Virus record (IMG/VR): IMGVR_UViG_3300006339_000005
Coordinates: 32,001-96,000 of that record
Length of the DNA: 64,000 nt
Direction: 5' to 3' (one strand)
DNA from: a virus
In this document: positions 19,801-28,240 of the stretch, one piece after another
Position numbering within the stretch: position 1 is the first letter of the stretch
Layout: each line of letters opens with the position of its first letter
Notes under the pieces: generated by a model
Told to the model about the DNA's origin: nothing
What the model saw: the letters and a program-made list of their open reading frames with translations, nothing else
Database searches by the model: none
Translations under genes and position numbers: made by a program

Positions 19801-22800
19801 TAATAATGTATTAACAAATACTGTATATGTAACACACCAATCACCTATTATAACAGTACAAATAACAAATAACAATGATGGTGAAACAAAAACTGTATCT
19901 AGAGTAACAGACTTAATGGGAATCATTACAAGCGTTATACAAAGTGGAATTTCAGCATTACCAAATTCTATTCCAGCATGGACTGATTATACATATAATG
20001 GTCCAAAATGTGAAAGAGATGTCGGTTTCCAACTTGATGCTCTTATTCATGATATTAAGTATGGCGGTAATGCTGAAACTTATAGGAATGCTAAAAAGTA
20101 TTGGATCCAATCAACACCACAAATTGATGGTGATCGTTCACATGAAACATTTGCTAAAGATCATGTAAGATTTTTAATTAATGATTATGTATTTAAAAAT
20201 GTAACTTATCCTACATTACAAGTAGGGGCACAAGCAGTTAGTCAAGTTACAGTTTATACAGCGGCTGAAGCCGGTGTTGATGATAGAGTTAGTGACCTCT
20301 TTGCAATTATTAATAATGTTATTACAAATGGCACTAGTTCGTTGCCTGTTAAAGACGAACCTAAGATATTTTCTGACACTGACGATATTCAAATCTTTAT
20401 TGACCAAGGTGATTTAAAAGTTAGACCATATGACTTTGGTACTGATGCTATTGAACGTATGCGTGTCGCAACTGCTCAGTCAATGCTTGACGCTGACTTT
20501 GAGTATGGCCTACAGCCTACGAAGTGGCAAGCGATTGCTACACAAAGAGGTTATCCATCAATTTACGAAGTACCAGGTACTGATAAACAGGTTTCAACTG
20601 TTCAAACAGACGCTTCAACAGGAACCGGTGGAATTGGTCAATCATTAATTACTGTTACTACAATTGGTGCTCATAGTATTGAACCAGGGTCACCTATTAC
20701 ACTTAAAGCATTAGAAAATTCTGTAGCAGGGGCGGCAAGAGCTGAAGGTTCGTTTATTGTTTCAACAGTACCTACTATTAATACATTTACATATTTTGCA
20801 AAATCAAAAGTTGGTACAGCTAACGGACAAATACTTTCAACATTTTATACGCAATTACGACAAGCAGGATTTTATACAGGTTCATCAATTGGTAATCCAA
20901 CGTTTTCTATCATATCACAAGGTTCCGCAGGAGTATTATATAATCCATTAGGTTCATTAAGTGGAGCTGATAAAATAACTTGGTTAGGCGAACAACCAGA
21001 AGTTGGTGCTCCGATGTTAATTGAAGATGGTATGGCGACAGCACTTTATACATATTCAGGGGCAGACGTTTTAAGAACAGCAGGAGTTTATACTAATATT
21101 CTTGGTACAACAAGTAGCGTAGTAGGAGACGTAATTGCTCCAACAGTTAATATTACAGTTGACGGCAGTGGCGCCGCACTTGCAACTATTGTAACTGGTG
21201 GACGACGTAATGCAGTTGACGATACTATTACAGTTTTAGATTCACTATTAGGTGGTGGCGGAGCCGCAGACTTAACATTTAACATTCAAGCAGTTGTAGA
21301 TGGTGCAACTCAAATACCATCAGGTGCCCAAGTTACATCCATACTAGGTAGTGGTGGAGCCATTCAAACTATTCAAACAACGGCAGATGTTCCTATCGGT
21401 TCTAATTCAATTCCAGTTGTTAACACAGCTGGTGTTTTAGCAGGACACGGAATAGATAGAGGTGATGGTACAGCAGTATTTGTAAGTAGCGTTATTGGAA
21501 ATAATATTAACATAGATGGAAACACTACAAACACACTTGTTGGTAACGTTGTAACATATACTGGCGTAGGAGGAGTAAATTACTCATCCTTAGGATATGG
21601 TTCAACATTTGATATTAGTAGAACCGGTGGCGTTTATACTGTCGTAATAAACGAAGACGGTGATCAATATGAAACTGGCGATGTTATTATAGCTTTAGGT
21701 AATTCCTTAGGTGGTACTACTCCTGAACATGATTGTAGAATTGAAATTACTGAAGCAGATACTAGTGGAGATATAGTTACAATTCTTTCATCAGGTGCGG
21801 CATTTGACGGTAGTGCTAATTACAATGCTATAGTAGGAACAAATTCCAATGGTGTTGGTACCGGATCATTATTTGATATTTCATATACTAATAATACTTA
21901 CAGCGTTAGTTTAGCACAACCATCATATATTAATTTAACAGGAACAAACTTAGGTGGTATTGGTCTTGGTGCTAGTGTTGATATTACAATGACAAACAAT
22001 GCTTATTCAGTTGCAATTAATAATGCAGAAGATAATAGTTTAGACTATGTTGTTAGCGATAGAATTAGAATTAACGGAACACAATTAGGTGGTACAACAC
22101 CAGTTAATGATGCTGAAGTTGTAGTTACATCAGTTGACGTAAGTACAGGCGAAATAACAGGAGTAAGCGTTACTGGTACAGCCGTAGATGCAGATGTAAC
22201 TTATATAAATGTAACATATACTACAGGATCAATTGGTGGTGTTACTGCAAACATTAATATTAGAAGAGTAGGTACTACTTATGAAGTTAATATTATTGGC
22301 GGTGGTTCAGGTTATACAGCTTCTGAAACATTAAACATTGTAGGTACAGAGTTGGGTGGAGCGGCACCGACTAACAATGCATCAGTAACAATTCAAACAG
22401 TTGACGGAAGTGGTTCAATTTTAACAGCCACTATTGGAGGAGTAGCCGTTAATGTACAAGAACATACAAATATTCAAAGCGGCCTTAACCAATTAGGAAC
22501 TGCCGCTCTATTAACTGTTACTGTAAATTATAATAATAGCTACAATGTTGTTATAGGAAATACTGGTGGTTTTAATTACGGTGTTGGTCAAAAAATACAA
22601 CTATTAGGAACAGTATTTGGTAATGGTGCAACTCCAGTTAATGATATTACTGTTACAATTAGTGCGGTAACCGTTACTGGAGAAATAACAAACCTTAGTC
22701 ATACTGGTACATCCGCAGATGCAACAAAAAATTATGTACTTGGTGATAGATTAGAAGTTATTGGATCATTTCTAGGCGGTCTTGATGAAACTAATGATGC

Positions 22801-25800
22801 CGGAATTAATATTACTGGTATAGGTGTAGGCGGAACAATTACTACACTTACTATTGATGGTGCGGCACCTGATGCTTCACAAACGTATGTTGATCCAGCG
22901 TATACTACAAATTCAAGTGCTGGAGCAGATGCTTCATTCACTATAACAAGACTAGACGTAGCTTATTCGGCTTTAATTGTTGTTCCAGGATCAGGTTATT
23001 TGGCCGCAGAATTCTTTGATATTGATGGTGCTTTATTAGGTGGTTCAACAGGAACAAACGATTGTCGAGTTACAGTTGCAACAGTTGGTGGATCAGGTGA
23101 AATTTTAACTGTTACAGTAAGTGGTACAGCATTAGACCAACAAACTTATTATGGAATCAGCCAAGTATTAGGCCAGGCTGTTATGAAAATTGGTGCAGGT
23201 GCTACTTGGAATGTAATATTAAGTGGTGGTGCTTTTACAGTAACTAATGCGAATCCAGGAACAGATTATAATGCATCACAAGAACTTAAAGTTCTTGGTA
23301 CACAAATGGGCGGAGTAAGTCCAACTAATGATTTAACAATTACAATTACTGGTGTTTCAGGTACAGGCGGAATTACTACTTTTAGTCATAGTGGTACAGC
23401 ACCTGGTGGAACTGCTAGTTATACTGATATTGGCGGAACAAACTTACCTAATTCAGGTACTTTAGCAACATTTGATGTTGTACGAAGCTCAGGAACATAT
23501 AATTCTATTCTTATAAATGACGACGGTGTTAACTATGTCGACGGTAATAAAATTAAAATTTTAGGAACATCTTTAGGCGGAGTTGATGTAACTAATGACC
23601 TTATTATTACTATTACTGGTGCAACAACAGATGGTAGTATAACTAGTATTACAGGAATAGGAACAGCTCTTACAGGAACAGTTGTTCAAACGTATTCATC
23701 ACTTACTATGTCTGAAGCAACAACTGTAGCTGTCGCGCCGAATAGTACAATTGCATTTGCGGCGTTGGCTACTGCTGAAATTACATTTGGTACTGCTCAC
23801 GGATTAGTTCCAGGTGATTCATTTATTATAACCATAGCTAGTGATAGTGGATCAAATAATCATACACTTTGTGAAGGACCTTTCTTTGCACAGCAAGTTC
23901 CAACAATTTATAAACTTAGATACCAATGTAGAGCACCAGGAACAATTGGTGATGTTGACGATATTGTTGGAAACATTTATCCAAGACCAGATTCGTTCTT
24001 TGTACATAGACCATATGATGGTGGTGTTATGTTAGGAACAGGTGGACCACAACACGGTGCACAGGCAATTAGACAAAGTAAAAAATATATTAGATACCAA
24101 TCAGGTAAAGGTATTATGTATACAACAGGTGCCTTATTTGCACCAAGTTACGATTTGCTTAATGTAGTAGCAAATGGACTTGAAATTGGATCATTTATTA
24201 CTGTTACTACAGATGATGTTGACCATGGACTACAAATTGGTGGACGTATTAGATTACTCGGAATTGAAACTCCAGGATTCAATGGTGACTATACCGTTGC
24301 ATCTATTACATCAGAACGTGTATTTAAAGTTGTTGCTGATTTTAAATTAGGTGCTTTAATACCAACATTAAGTGCAAGAGCTCAAGTTTCATTACTTACA
24401 TGGCACGGTGCAACTGTACGTTCAGGTGCATTTGATGATCAAAACGGTATCTTTATAGAATATGATGGTGCAAACTTTACTTGTGTACAACGTACTGGAA
24501 CACTACAATTAGCAGGTGTAGTAAGTATGGCTGTTGACAGTAACTTATGTACTGGAGTAGGAACAAGATTTAGAGATCAAATTAAAGCAGGTGATAGAAT
24601 TATTATTAAAGGAATGACTCACGTTATTTCTCAAATTACAGATGATACAAATATGTTTGTTACACCTGACTTTCGCGGTGTAACTCCAGCATCAGCTTGT
24701 AAGATATGTTTGGTTTATGATAAGAAAACTAAACAAGATGAATTTAATAGAGATAAACTTGACGGCAAAGGTAGTAGTGGATATATTGTTGATGTATCTA
24801 AGATGCAGATGATGGGAATCCAATACAGTTGGTACGGTGCAGGATTTATTGACTGGATGTTACGTGGTGATAATGGTGAGTTTGCATTCTTCCATAGAAT
24901 GAGAAACAGTAATATAAACACAGAAGCATTTATGCGTACTGGTAATATGCCAGTTAGGTATGAAATTACTAACGAAGGACCAAATGGTAAACTTGCAAAA
25001 GATATTGATGATAACCAAACATCTATTCCACTAACAGATGCAAAATATTTTCCAAGTAGTGGAACAGTATATATTGATGGTGAAATGATTGGATTTACAG
25101 GTGTTGTAGGTGATACACTTACAGGATGTACTAGAGCGGCACCAATGTCAAATTATGCATCAGGAGCCAACAGAACATATACAGCAGGTATTGCCGAGTC
25201 ACATACAGCAAAAACCGGTGTGCCACTAATTAGTAATACTATATCACCAATTATATCACACTGGGGATCAGCGTTCTTAACAGATGGCGGGTTTGATACT
25301 GATCGTGGTTACATCTTCTCATACGCATCAACTGGTAACGAAATTAGTACAACAAGAAATACAGTTTTCATGCTTAGACTAGCACCTAGTGTTTCTAACG
25401 CTATTGTTGGTGACTTAGGAGAACGTGAACTACTTAACAGAGCCCAGTTGCTACTTGAAGGTGTTGAAGTTACATCAGATACAAGTACAGGTGGTATTGT
25501 TGTTGAAGGTGTGTTGAATCCACAAAACTATCCACTTGATCCAGGTAACATTGGTTGGGGTGGATTATCAGGACTAGCGGCAGGTGGACAACCTAGCTTT
25601 GCACAGGTGGCACCAGGTGGATCTGTTACATGGAGTACAGGTGCTACACAGGTAGTTAGAAATGCAACTACAACATCACAATTATCAGCGTCAGCTGATT
25701 CATTGTATAATAGAACTTATCCTACAACATATCACTATTTCTCAACTACAGAATGGGATGGTTTAGATGATAATGTTGTTTCTGGTACAGAAATTATTGC

Positions 25801-26413
25801 AACAGGTAGTCCAAGTTCAGGCGCTTCAGACTTTCCAGCAGGAACAACAATTTACGACATTTATGAAGAAACTTGGTATAACAGGGTACGTATTAGAACT
25901 ACTAATAATAACCATAGTCCAATTACTGCTGGTGAAGCCATTACATTTGGTATTGGTGGTGATTTAACTTATACTAACTATTTGTACTTTACAAAAACAA
26001 GTTGGGAAACAACTCAAGCAGTTTCTGGTACAGAAGTAAGTGATGCAAAATTTCCGGCAGGTACTGCGGTATCAAATGTTCAAGGACCATTAGAATTTAG
26101 TGGAACAGAATACTATAAAGTAACGTTTTCACAAACGTCAATTGCAACTGTAACTGCTGGTGCCAATGTAGGGTTCTTATTTGGACAACCACCGTATGCA
26201 CAGCCAGGTGAAACTGTATTTTCGTTTATTGCAAACCCAGGTGAACTTGCAAACTTAGACTTAACAGGATTGAAAGAATTAACGAATACTACATTAGGTG
26301 GACGAGGAACTTATCCTAACGGTCCTGATGTATTAGCAATTAATGTTTATAAGACGTCGGGTGCGGCAGTTAACGCAAACCTTATTCTAAGGTGGGGCGA
26401 AGCTCAAGCCTAA
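13886..26413 (+). CDS. Giant modular virion protein (4175 aa; tail fibre/appendage)
   Basis: Uninterrupted 12.5-kb ORF; four repeat-module types; Thr/Gly/Val-rich; lies in the structural operon. Confidence 0.85.
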   Translation: MAKTKVEQYIFQPGIPVNENRYGMAHDLIKNNVEFICDEVTAWIAEQVKMEPVYPDAVTSITANKEFLKDEVMAWFDIAYPGAHDLTYSVTNAIYTPATGVMVLTIGSHGFLVGNTIRIATDSLTFTCALDSHATNHTYPRATGSAAPGGYDFVYNKPIAVTEFSSTTITVNIGISSDVSAHSYVTSTADCIASNERHEKCARDTGFNIDAITTDLYSGGNFETRRIAQKYWEGTNTNLGSGSEQTYATLVNDKLKEIINGYILSNTAWTTAQDPVVTTQNVSNPVGESNSTNRVTELHKILNDVTVNGIGALPEVTPSWSHYTYDGELCERDTRLNLQGDDGTGGILYDLRYGGNEKTRYTASKYWINATPQVDGDRTTERFAKNYVRDLINNFILPQPTTAQVYPYAIALLEANKQYIADEATEWFDANYPGVHTGTRHAKCIRDTIFNIEALTSDIYTGSNFQTIEMVHRYWSGTASQLPGGETVLTTATAHGRSVDDVVEIRGLVLGCPMGSKTYPVSDFTQGHSANQSFAVRSQNLTASTFEIFLGTSAIAQTYVKGGTVIPQAGLQQDNRLDIRNFDYDTGSGVATITTMGGATITAEAHGKSKGDLIAVDGAVLSCDMGSKTYPVNSFSTAHSTAQQFTVRATNLTANTFEVFFGTSAIATTYVSGGTIVKDNNVRQAITDFAYDIGPSHSVTAATYTPATGEMQLTIGAHNFEIGHYVKIATNSLTFTCALDGHATNHSYPRATGSAAPGGYDYFYNKPVEIIGAGATTITMNVGVSSDVSEHTFVSATADCISPVPAANSVTNAVYTPATGVMVLTIGAHDLQLGNQIRIATGSLKFTCEMDSHATTTAYPRASGSAAPGGYDYAYNTAVTITAIDSTTITCNVGTSTNTSIHTFVSATPNCIANDIGSAGKCTITTSGSHNLSINDTIDIRGVIMDCEFGTKVYPAIPHAGIFPVTKVTDTNTLDFYLPPSEIDHTYVSGGTIKSATLTNVGSSTIITAFAYNNDQALITITSGNHGLVVGDLVKLTGIVLSCSTGTKTYPDTSVSSGVYYVYDVPDIDTFIFGMDRSNVVHTYVSGGTCQKVTTATNSTVNISNFVFDTHAGHGLSATDNVILRGIVTDCIYGTKIYPALVHAGLYPITKTDTADTFEFFLNPSNIAHTYTSGGTVKDIDVTNVGDAVDITNFIYDNDLATFTVTTSGIDNPYNVAGATYIPTTGVMELTIGTHDLEVGNKVNIEATSLTFTCAFDNNVSQHSYPRATGSAAPGGYDYFYNKPVEITAISADTITMNIGTGNIKTYTPTAVTYIPTTGVMELTIGTHTLVTGNYVDIDAGCLNFTCTFDNNATQSSYPRATGSAAPGGADYFYDTPCRIDSTSATTITLNVGAGNVKTYNVSAATYTPTTGVMQLTIGSHSLVAGNYIDIAANSIVFTCALDGHATTTGYPRATGSAAPGGADYAYNTPVVIASVGATTITINVGVSSNTSTHTYVSSTANCISNSNSHTFTSATANCIKNAEAHTFVSATADCVSKAGHGLTVGDKVKLAGIGMSCEFGSKIYPENNAGYFVVYDVPDVSTFILGTDKSAVVHTWTGGGTWQKITYTVLNQTDVADFAFGPSERTYAVAVNQKTESIIKDYIFTNTTYPSVQSGSTQTITANAAESGASGRITTLMDAINNVTVNGLDYLPTAGYASVGYTPLQTATSQYFNSSSVSESAASAVITDRFGIITDVIENGLDNVPALDRAQVSSIRLQTRVPTNDLLLITDTTVNEVLFNFTDSEKGASCQFITDDQEKLTKGVDDDFPKFLERTGTITTIYLDVNTDSPTYSPNARVQLEANKEFLQKETVAWIGNKISTAITYPYAKTLIDANKEWLADEVMAWFDLTYPNAHSTIQHEKCERDTKFNIDALAYDIYHGSNTQTRETAKKYWEGTNSLLANSGGAFTETTNAEIGYALAVNNKLRDLIINNVLTNTVYVTHQSPIITVQITNNNDGETKTVSRVTDLMGIITSVIQSGISALPNSIPAWTDYTYNGPKCERDVGFQLDALIHDIKYGGNAETYRNAKKYWIQSTPQIDGDRSHETFAKDHVRFLINDYVFKNVTYPTLQVGAQAVSQVTVYTAAEAGVDDRVSDLFAIINNVITNGTSSLPVKDEPKIFSDTDDIQIFIDQGDLKVRPYDFGTDAIERMRVATAQSMLDADFEYGLQPTKWQAIATQRGYPSIYEVPGTDKQVSTVQTDASTGTGGIGQSLITVTTIGAHSIEPGSPITLKALENSVAGAARAEGSFIVSTVPTINTFTYFAKSKVGTANGQILSTFYTQLRQAGFYTGSSIGNPTFSIISQGSAGVLYNPLGSLSGADKITWLGEQPEVGAPMLIEDGMATALYTYSGADVLRTAGVYTNILGTTSSVVGDVIAPTVNITVDGSGAALATIVTGGRRNAVDDTITVLDSLLGGGGAADLTFNIQAVVDGATQIPSGAQVTSILGSGGAIQTIQTTADVPIGSNSIPVVNTAGVLAGHGIDRGDGTAVFVSSVIGNNINIDGNTTNTLVGNVVTYTGVGGVNYSSLGYGSTFDISRTGGVYTVVINEDGDQYETGDVIIALGNSLGGTTPEHDCRIEITEADTSGDIVTILSSGAAFDGSANYNAIVGTNSNGVGTGSLFDISYTNNTYSVSLAQPSYINLTGTNLGGIGLGASVDITMTNNAYSVAINNAEDNSLDYVVSDRIRINGTQLGGTTPVNDAEVVVTSVDVSTGEITGVSVTGTAVDADVTYINVTYTTGSIGGVTANINIRRVGTTYEVNIIGGGSGYTASETLNIVGTELGGAAPTNNASVTIQTVDGSGSILTATIGGVAVNVQEHTNIQSGLNQLGTAALLTVTVNYNNSYNVVIGNTGGFNYGVGQKIQLLGTVFGNGATPVNDITVTISAVTVTGEITNLSHTGTSADATKNYVLGDRLEVIGSFLGGLDETNDAGINITGIGVGGTITTLTIDGAAPDASQTYVDPAYTTNSSAGADASFTITRLDVAYSALIVVPGSGYLAAEFFDIDGALLGGSTGTNDCRVTVATVGGSGEILTVTVSGTALDQQTYYGISQVLGQAVMKIGAGATWNVILSGGAFTVTNANPGTDYNASQELKVLGTQMGGVSPTNDLTITITGVSGTGGITTFSHSGTAPGGTASYTDIGGTNLPNSGTLATFDVVRSSGTYNSILINDDGVNYVDGNKIKILGTSLGGVDVTNDLIITITGATTDGSITSITGIGTALTGTVVQTYSSLTMSEATTVAVAPNSTIAFAALATAEITFGTAHGLVPGDSFIITIASDSGSNNHTLCEGPFFAQQVPTIYKLRYQCRAPGTIGDVDDIVGNIYPRPDSFFVHRPYDGGVMLGTGGPQHGAQAIRQSKKYIRYQSGKGIMYTTGALFAPSYDLLNVVANGLEIGSFITVTTDDVDHGLQIGGRIRLLGIETPGFNGDYTVASITSERVFKVVADFKLGALIPTLSARAQVSLLTWHGATVRSGAFDDQNGIFIEYDGANFTCVQRTGTLQLAGVVSMAVDSNLCTGVGTRFRDQIKAGDRIIIKGMTHVISQITDDTNMFVTPDFRGVTPASACKICLVYDKKTKQDEFNRDKLDGKGSSGYIVDVSKMQMMGIQYSWYGAGFIDWMLRGDNGEFAFFHRMRNSNINTEAFMRTGNMPVRYEITNEGPNGKLAKDIDDNQTSIPLTDAKYFPSSGTVYIDGEMIGFTGVVGDTLTGCTRAAPMSNYASGANRTYTAGIAESHTAKTGVPLISNTISPIISHWGSAFLTDGGFDTDRGYIFSYASTGNEISTTRNTVFMLRLAPSVSNAIVGDLGERELLNRAQLLLEGVEVTSDTSTGGIVVEGVLNPQNYPLDPGNIGWGGLSGLAAGGQPSFAQVAPGGSVTWSTGATQVVRNATTTSQLSASADSLYNRTYPTTYHYFSTTEWDGLDDNVVSGTEIIATGSPSSGASDFPAGTTIYDIYEETWYNRVRIRTTNNNHSPITAGEAITFGIGGDLTYTNYLYFTKTSWETTQAVSGTEVSDAKFPAGTAVSNVQGPLEFSGTEYYKVTFSQTSIATVTAGANVGFLFGQPPYAQPGETVFSFIANPGELANLDLTGLKELTNTTLGGRGTYPNGPDVLAINVYKTSGAAVNANLILRWGEAQA
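14141..18496 (+). repeat. Six copies of repeat module A (Y.P.TG.M.LTIG.H...FTC..D......YPRATGSAAPGG.D..Y...HTF.SAT..C)
   Basis: Copies start near 14141, 15970, 16305, 17525, 17810 and 18080. Exact 43-nt match 14300-14342 = 17678-17720; exact 49-nt match 17542-17590 = 17821-17869. Confidence 0.9.
21050..23680 (+). repeat. About 8-9 copies of Gly/Thr repeat module D (G.GY...D.I.I.G..LGG.TP.ND..I.V....G.I)
   Basis: LGGTTPEHD, LGGTTPVND, LGGAAPTNN, FGNGATPVND, LGGLDETND, LGGSTGTND, MGGVSPTND, LGGVDVTND. Confidence 0.85.
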
Positions 26414-27000
26414 AAGTTAAAAGCAATTGTTGAACGTATTACACCTTCTTGGCTAGGTAATACTGTATGCTTTAAGTATGAAGGAAACATTAACATTCTT
26501 CCTTTAATAGGTTGGTATACACTTCCTTGCCAAGACCATATAGCATTAATATCATAATCTTGTGAATATTCAGTAAATGGATTAGGAGTTTTAAACATTA
26601 AACCTCCGGCGTGTTCGTTTGCTCTAACCCAGTATATTCCAGAAATACGTCCTATACCATGTTCATGTTCATTGTGATGATCGTTTTCAATATAATCTTG
26701 CACCCAATATTCGAATTCATTTAAATTATTTTTTATTTGTCTATTAATTGCTTTGTAATTACAACCTTCTTGATATAGGTCTTTACAGTCACGTATCTCA
26801 CGCCATAACTCAGGAAGCTCTTTTGGTAAGTCTGCTATTATTTTTTCAGGTTCAAAATAATCTGTAGAGTGCGGAGCAGGGCCTTCACGAGAAGGCATCT
26901 TATCTAAATTTTTAACTACAACTTCTTCTACTTTATCAGCTACATCAGGTTGTACATCATGAATTAATAATCCTACAGGAAACAACGGTTCTATATGCAT
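26410..27000 (-). CDS. 2OG-Fe(II) oxygenase family protein
   Basis: HHNEHEH...ISGIYWV...G.L.F..P...P..G.MLMFPSYLKHTV...RSTIAFNF. Confidence 0.8.
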   Translation of the reverse strand: MHIEPLFPVGLLIHDVQPDVADKVEEVVVKNLDKMPSREGPAPHSTDYFEPEKIIADLPKELPELWREIRDCKDLYQEGCNYKAINRQIKNNLNEFEYWVQDYIENDHHNEHEHGIGRISGIYWVRANEHAGGLMFKTPNPFTEYSQDYDINAIWSWQGSVYQPIKGRMLMFPSYLKHTVLPSQEGVIRSTIAFNF

Positions 27001-27431
27001 TAAATAACCTTTGCAGTAGTTTGTGAAGTTGCATCACTAATTGTCGGGTTAACACCAGTATCTTTATCCATGACTTGACTATCTCCAGGTATAACACGAT
27101 AATTATCTTCAACTGAATCAGCTGTACTAACTTCAGTTATACTACCTGGTTCTATGCATACTAATTGATGAGGTTGTAAAGGTGGATTATGCCAAGTGCT
27201 TCCTGCTACTAAATCTTTTTGCAAAAGCTGGGCAGTTGTAGTATCAATCCAAAGTAATTTAAATTGACCATCATTAACAAACCATGTTTCATCTTTTTCT
27301 TTATGAAAATGCATAGAAAATTTTGCTTCACGCTTTTCAAAAACTAAAATTTTGCCACAATACTTTTCAGTAGAAGCCCAGATTAATTCATAACCCCAAC
27401 CCTTTTCTACTTTACCTTTCAATTGCGTCAT
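27000..27431 (-). CDS. Cupin protein (sugar isomerase-like)
   Basis: VEKGWGYE, FSMHFHKEKDETW, PHQL, EVST.D...DNYR. Confidence 0.8.
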   Translation of the reverse strand: MTQLKGKVEKGWGYELIWASTEKYCGKILVFEKREAKFSMHFHKEKDETWFVNDGQFKLLWIDTTTAQLLQKDLVAGSTWHNPPLQPHQLVCIEPGSITEVSTADSVEDNYRVIPGDSQVMDKDTGVNPTISDATSQTTAKVI

Positions 27432-28240
27432 AATATAAAATGCTCCACTGGTCTAAATTTATGTTCACCTATAGTATTACTTAACTTTTCTATGTTTGCT
27501 TTAGTATAATATTGGTATTGAAGTCTTAACTCATCTGGTACTGGAATCTCTATAACTTCAGCACTATATTTTTTAGCCATTAAATCTGCTATATGTCTAA
27601 ATGATGTTGCTTTTCCTGTACCAATATTCCAAATATCTGTTGAATCAACTGTTAAAAACTTTACCAAAATATCACATACATCGCCAACATGAATAAAATC
27701 TCTATAAATGTCTTGACTACCTTCAAATACTTTTATCTTTCCAGTCTCAATTGCTTGTTTTTTAAACTTATGAAAGACACTCATTTGGTCACCTTTATGA
27801 TCTTCTCCTGGTCCATATACATTAAAAAATCTAAAACCTTGAACATTAATTTGGTATTCAGTTACTGACTTAACAAATCTATCAAATAAGTACTTGCTCC
27901 AAGCATATGGCGACTGTGGTGCTACAGGTGAGTTTTCTTTAAACTCTTTACCGTTTCCGTACACGCTGGCACTTGAAGCATACATAAATGTTACACCAGA
28001 CATATCACATAATTCTAACATTTTAATACTAAACTCATAATTTTGTTTTAAAACTTTATCAATATCTGTTTCTGTTGTGTCACTAATTGCTCCTAAATGA
28101 ATTACTCTATCATATTCTTTTGGATCTGGAAAACGATTTTCACGATAATCATATCCTTCTATTGTATGCCCTTTATAGTCAAGATAAGAAGCTAAATTTT
28201 TACCTATAAACCCATTTGGACCTGTAATTAAAATTCTCAT
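27428..28240 (-). CDS. hldD: ADP-L-glycero-D-manno-heptose 6-epimerase (start revised to MRILITG)
   Basis: ILITGPNGFIGKNL, HLGAISDTTE, YASSASVYG, YAWSK, RFFNVYGP.EDHKG.Q.S, RDFIHVGD, YQYYTKAN; the ATG at 28240 overlaps the upstream TGA. Confidence 0.85.
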   Translation of the reverse strand: MRILITGPNGFIGKNLASYLDYKGHTIEGYDYRENRFPDPKEYDRVIHLGAISDTTETDIDKVLKQNYEFSIKMLELCDMSGVTFMYASSASVYGNGKEFKENSPVAPQSPYAWSKYLFDRFVKSVTEYQINVQGFRFFNVYGPGEDHKGDQMSVFHKFKKQAIETGKIKVFEGSQDIYRDFIHVGDVCDILVKFLTVDSTDIWNIGTGKATSFRHIADLMAKKYSAEVIEIPVPDELRLQYQYYTKANIEKLSNTIGEHKFRPVEHFIL

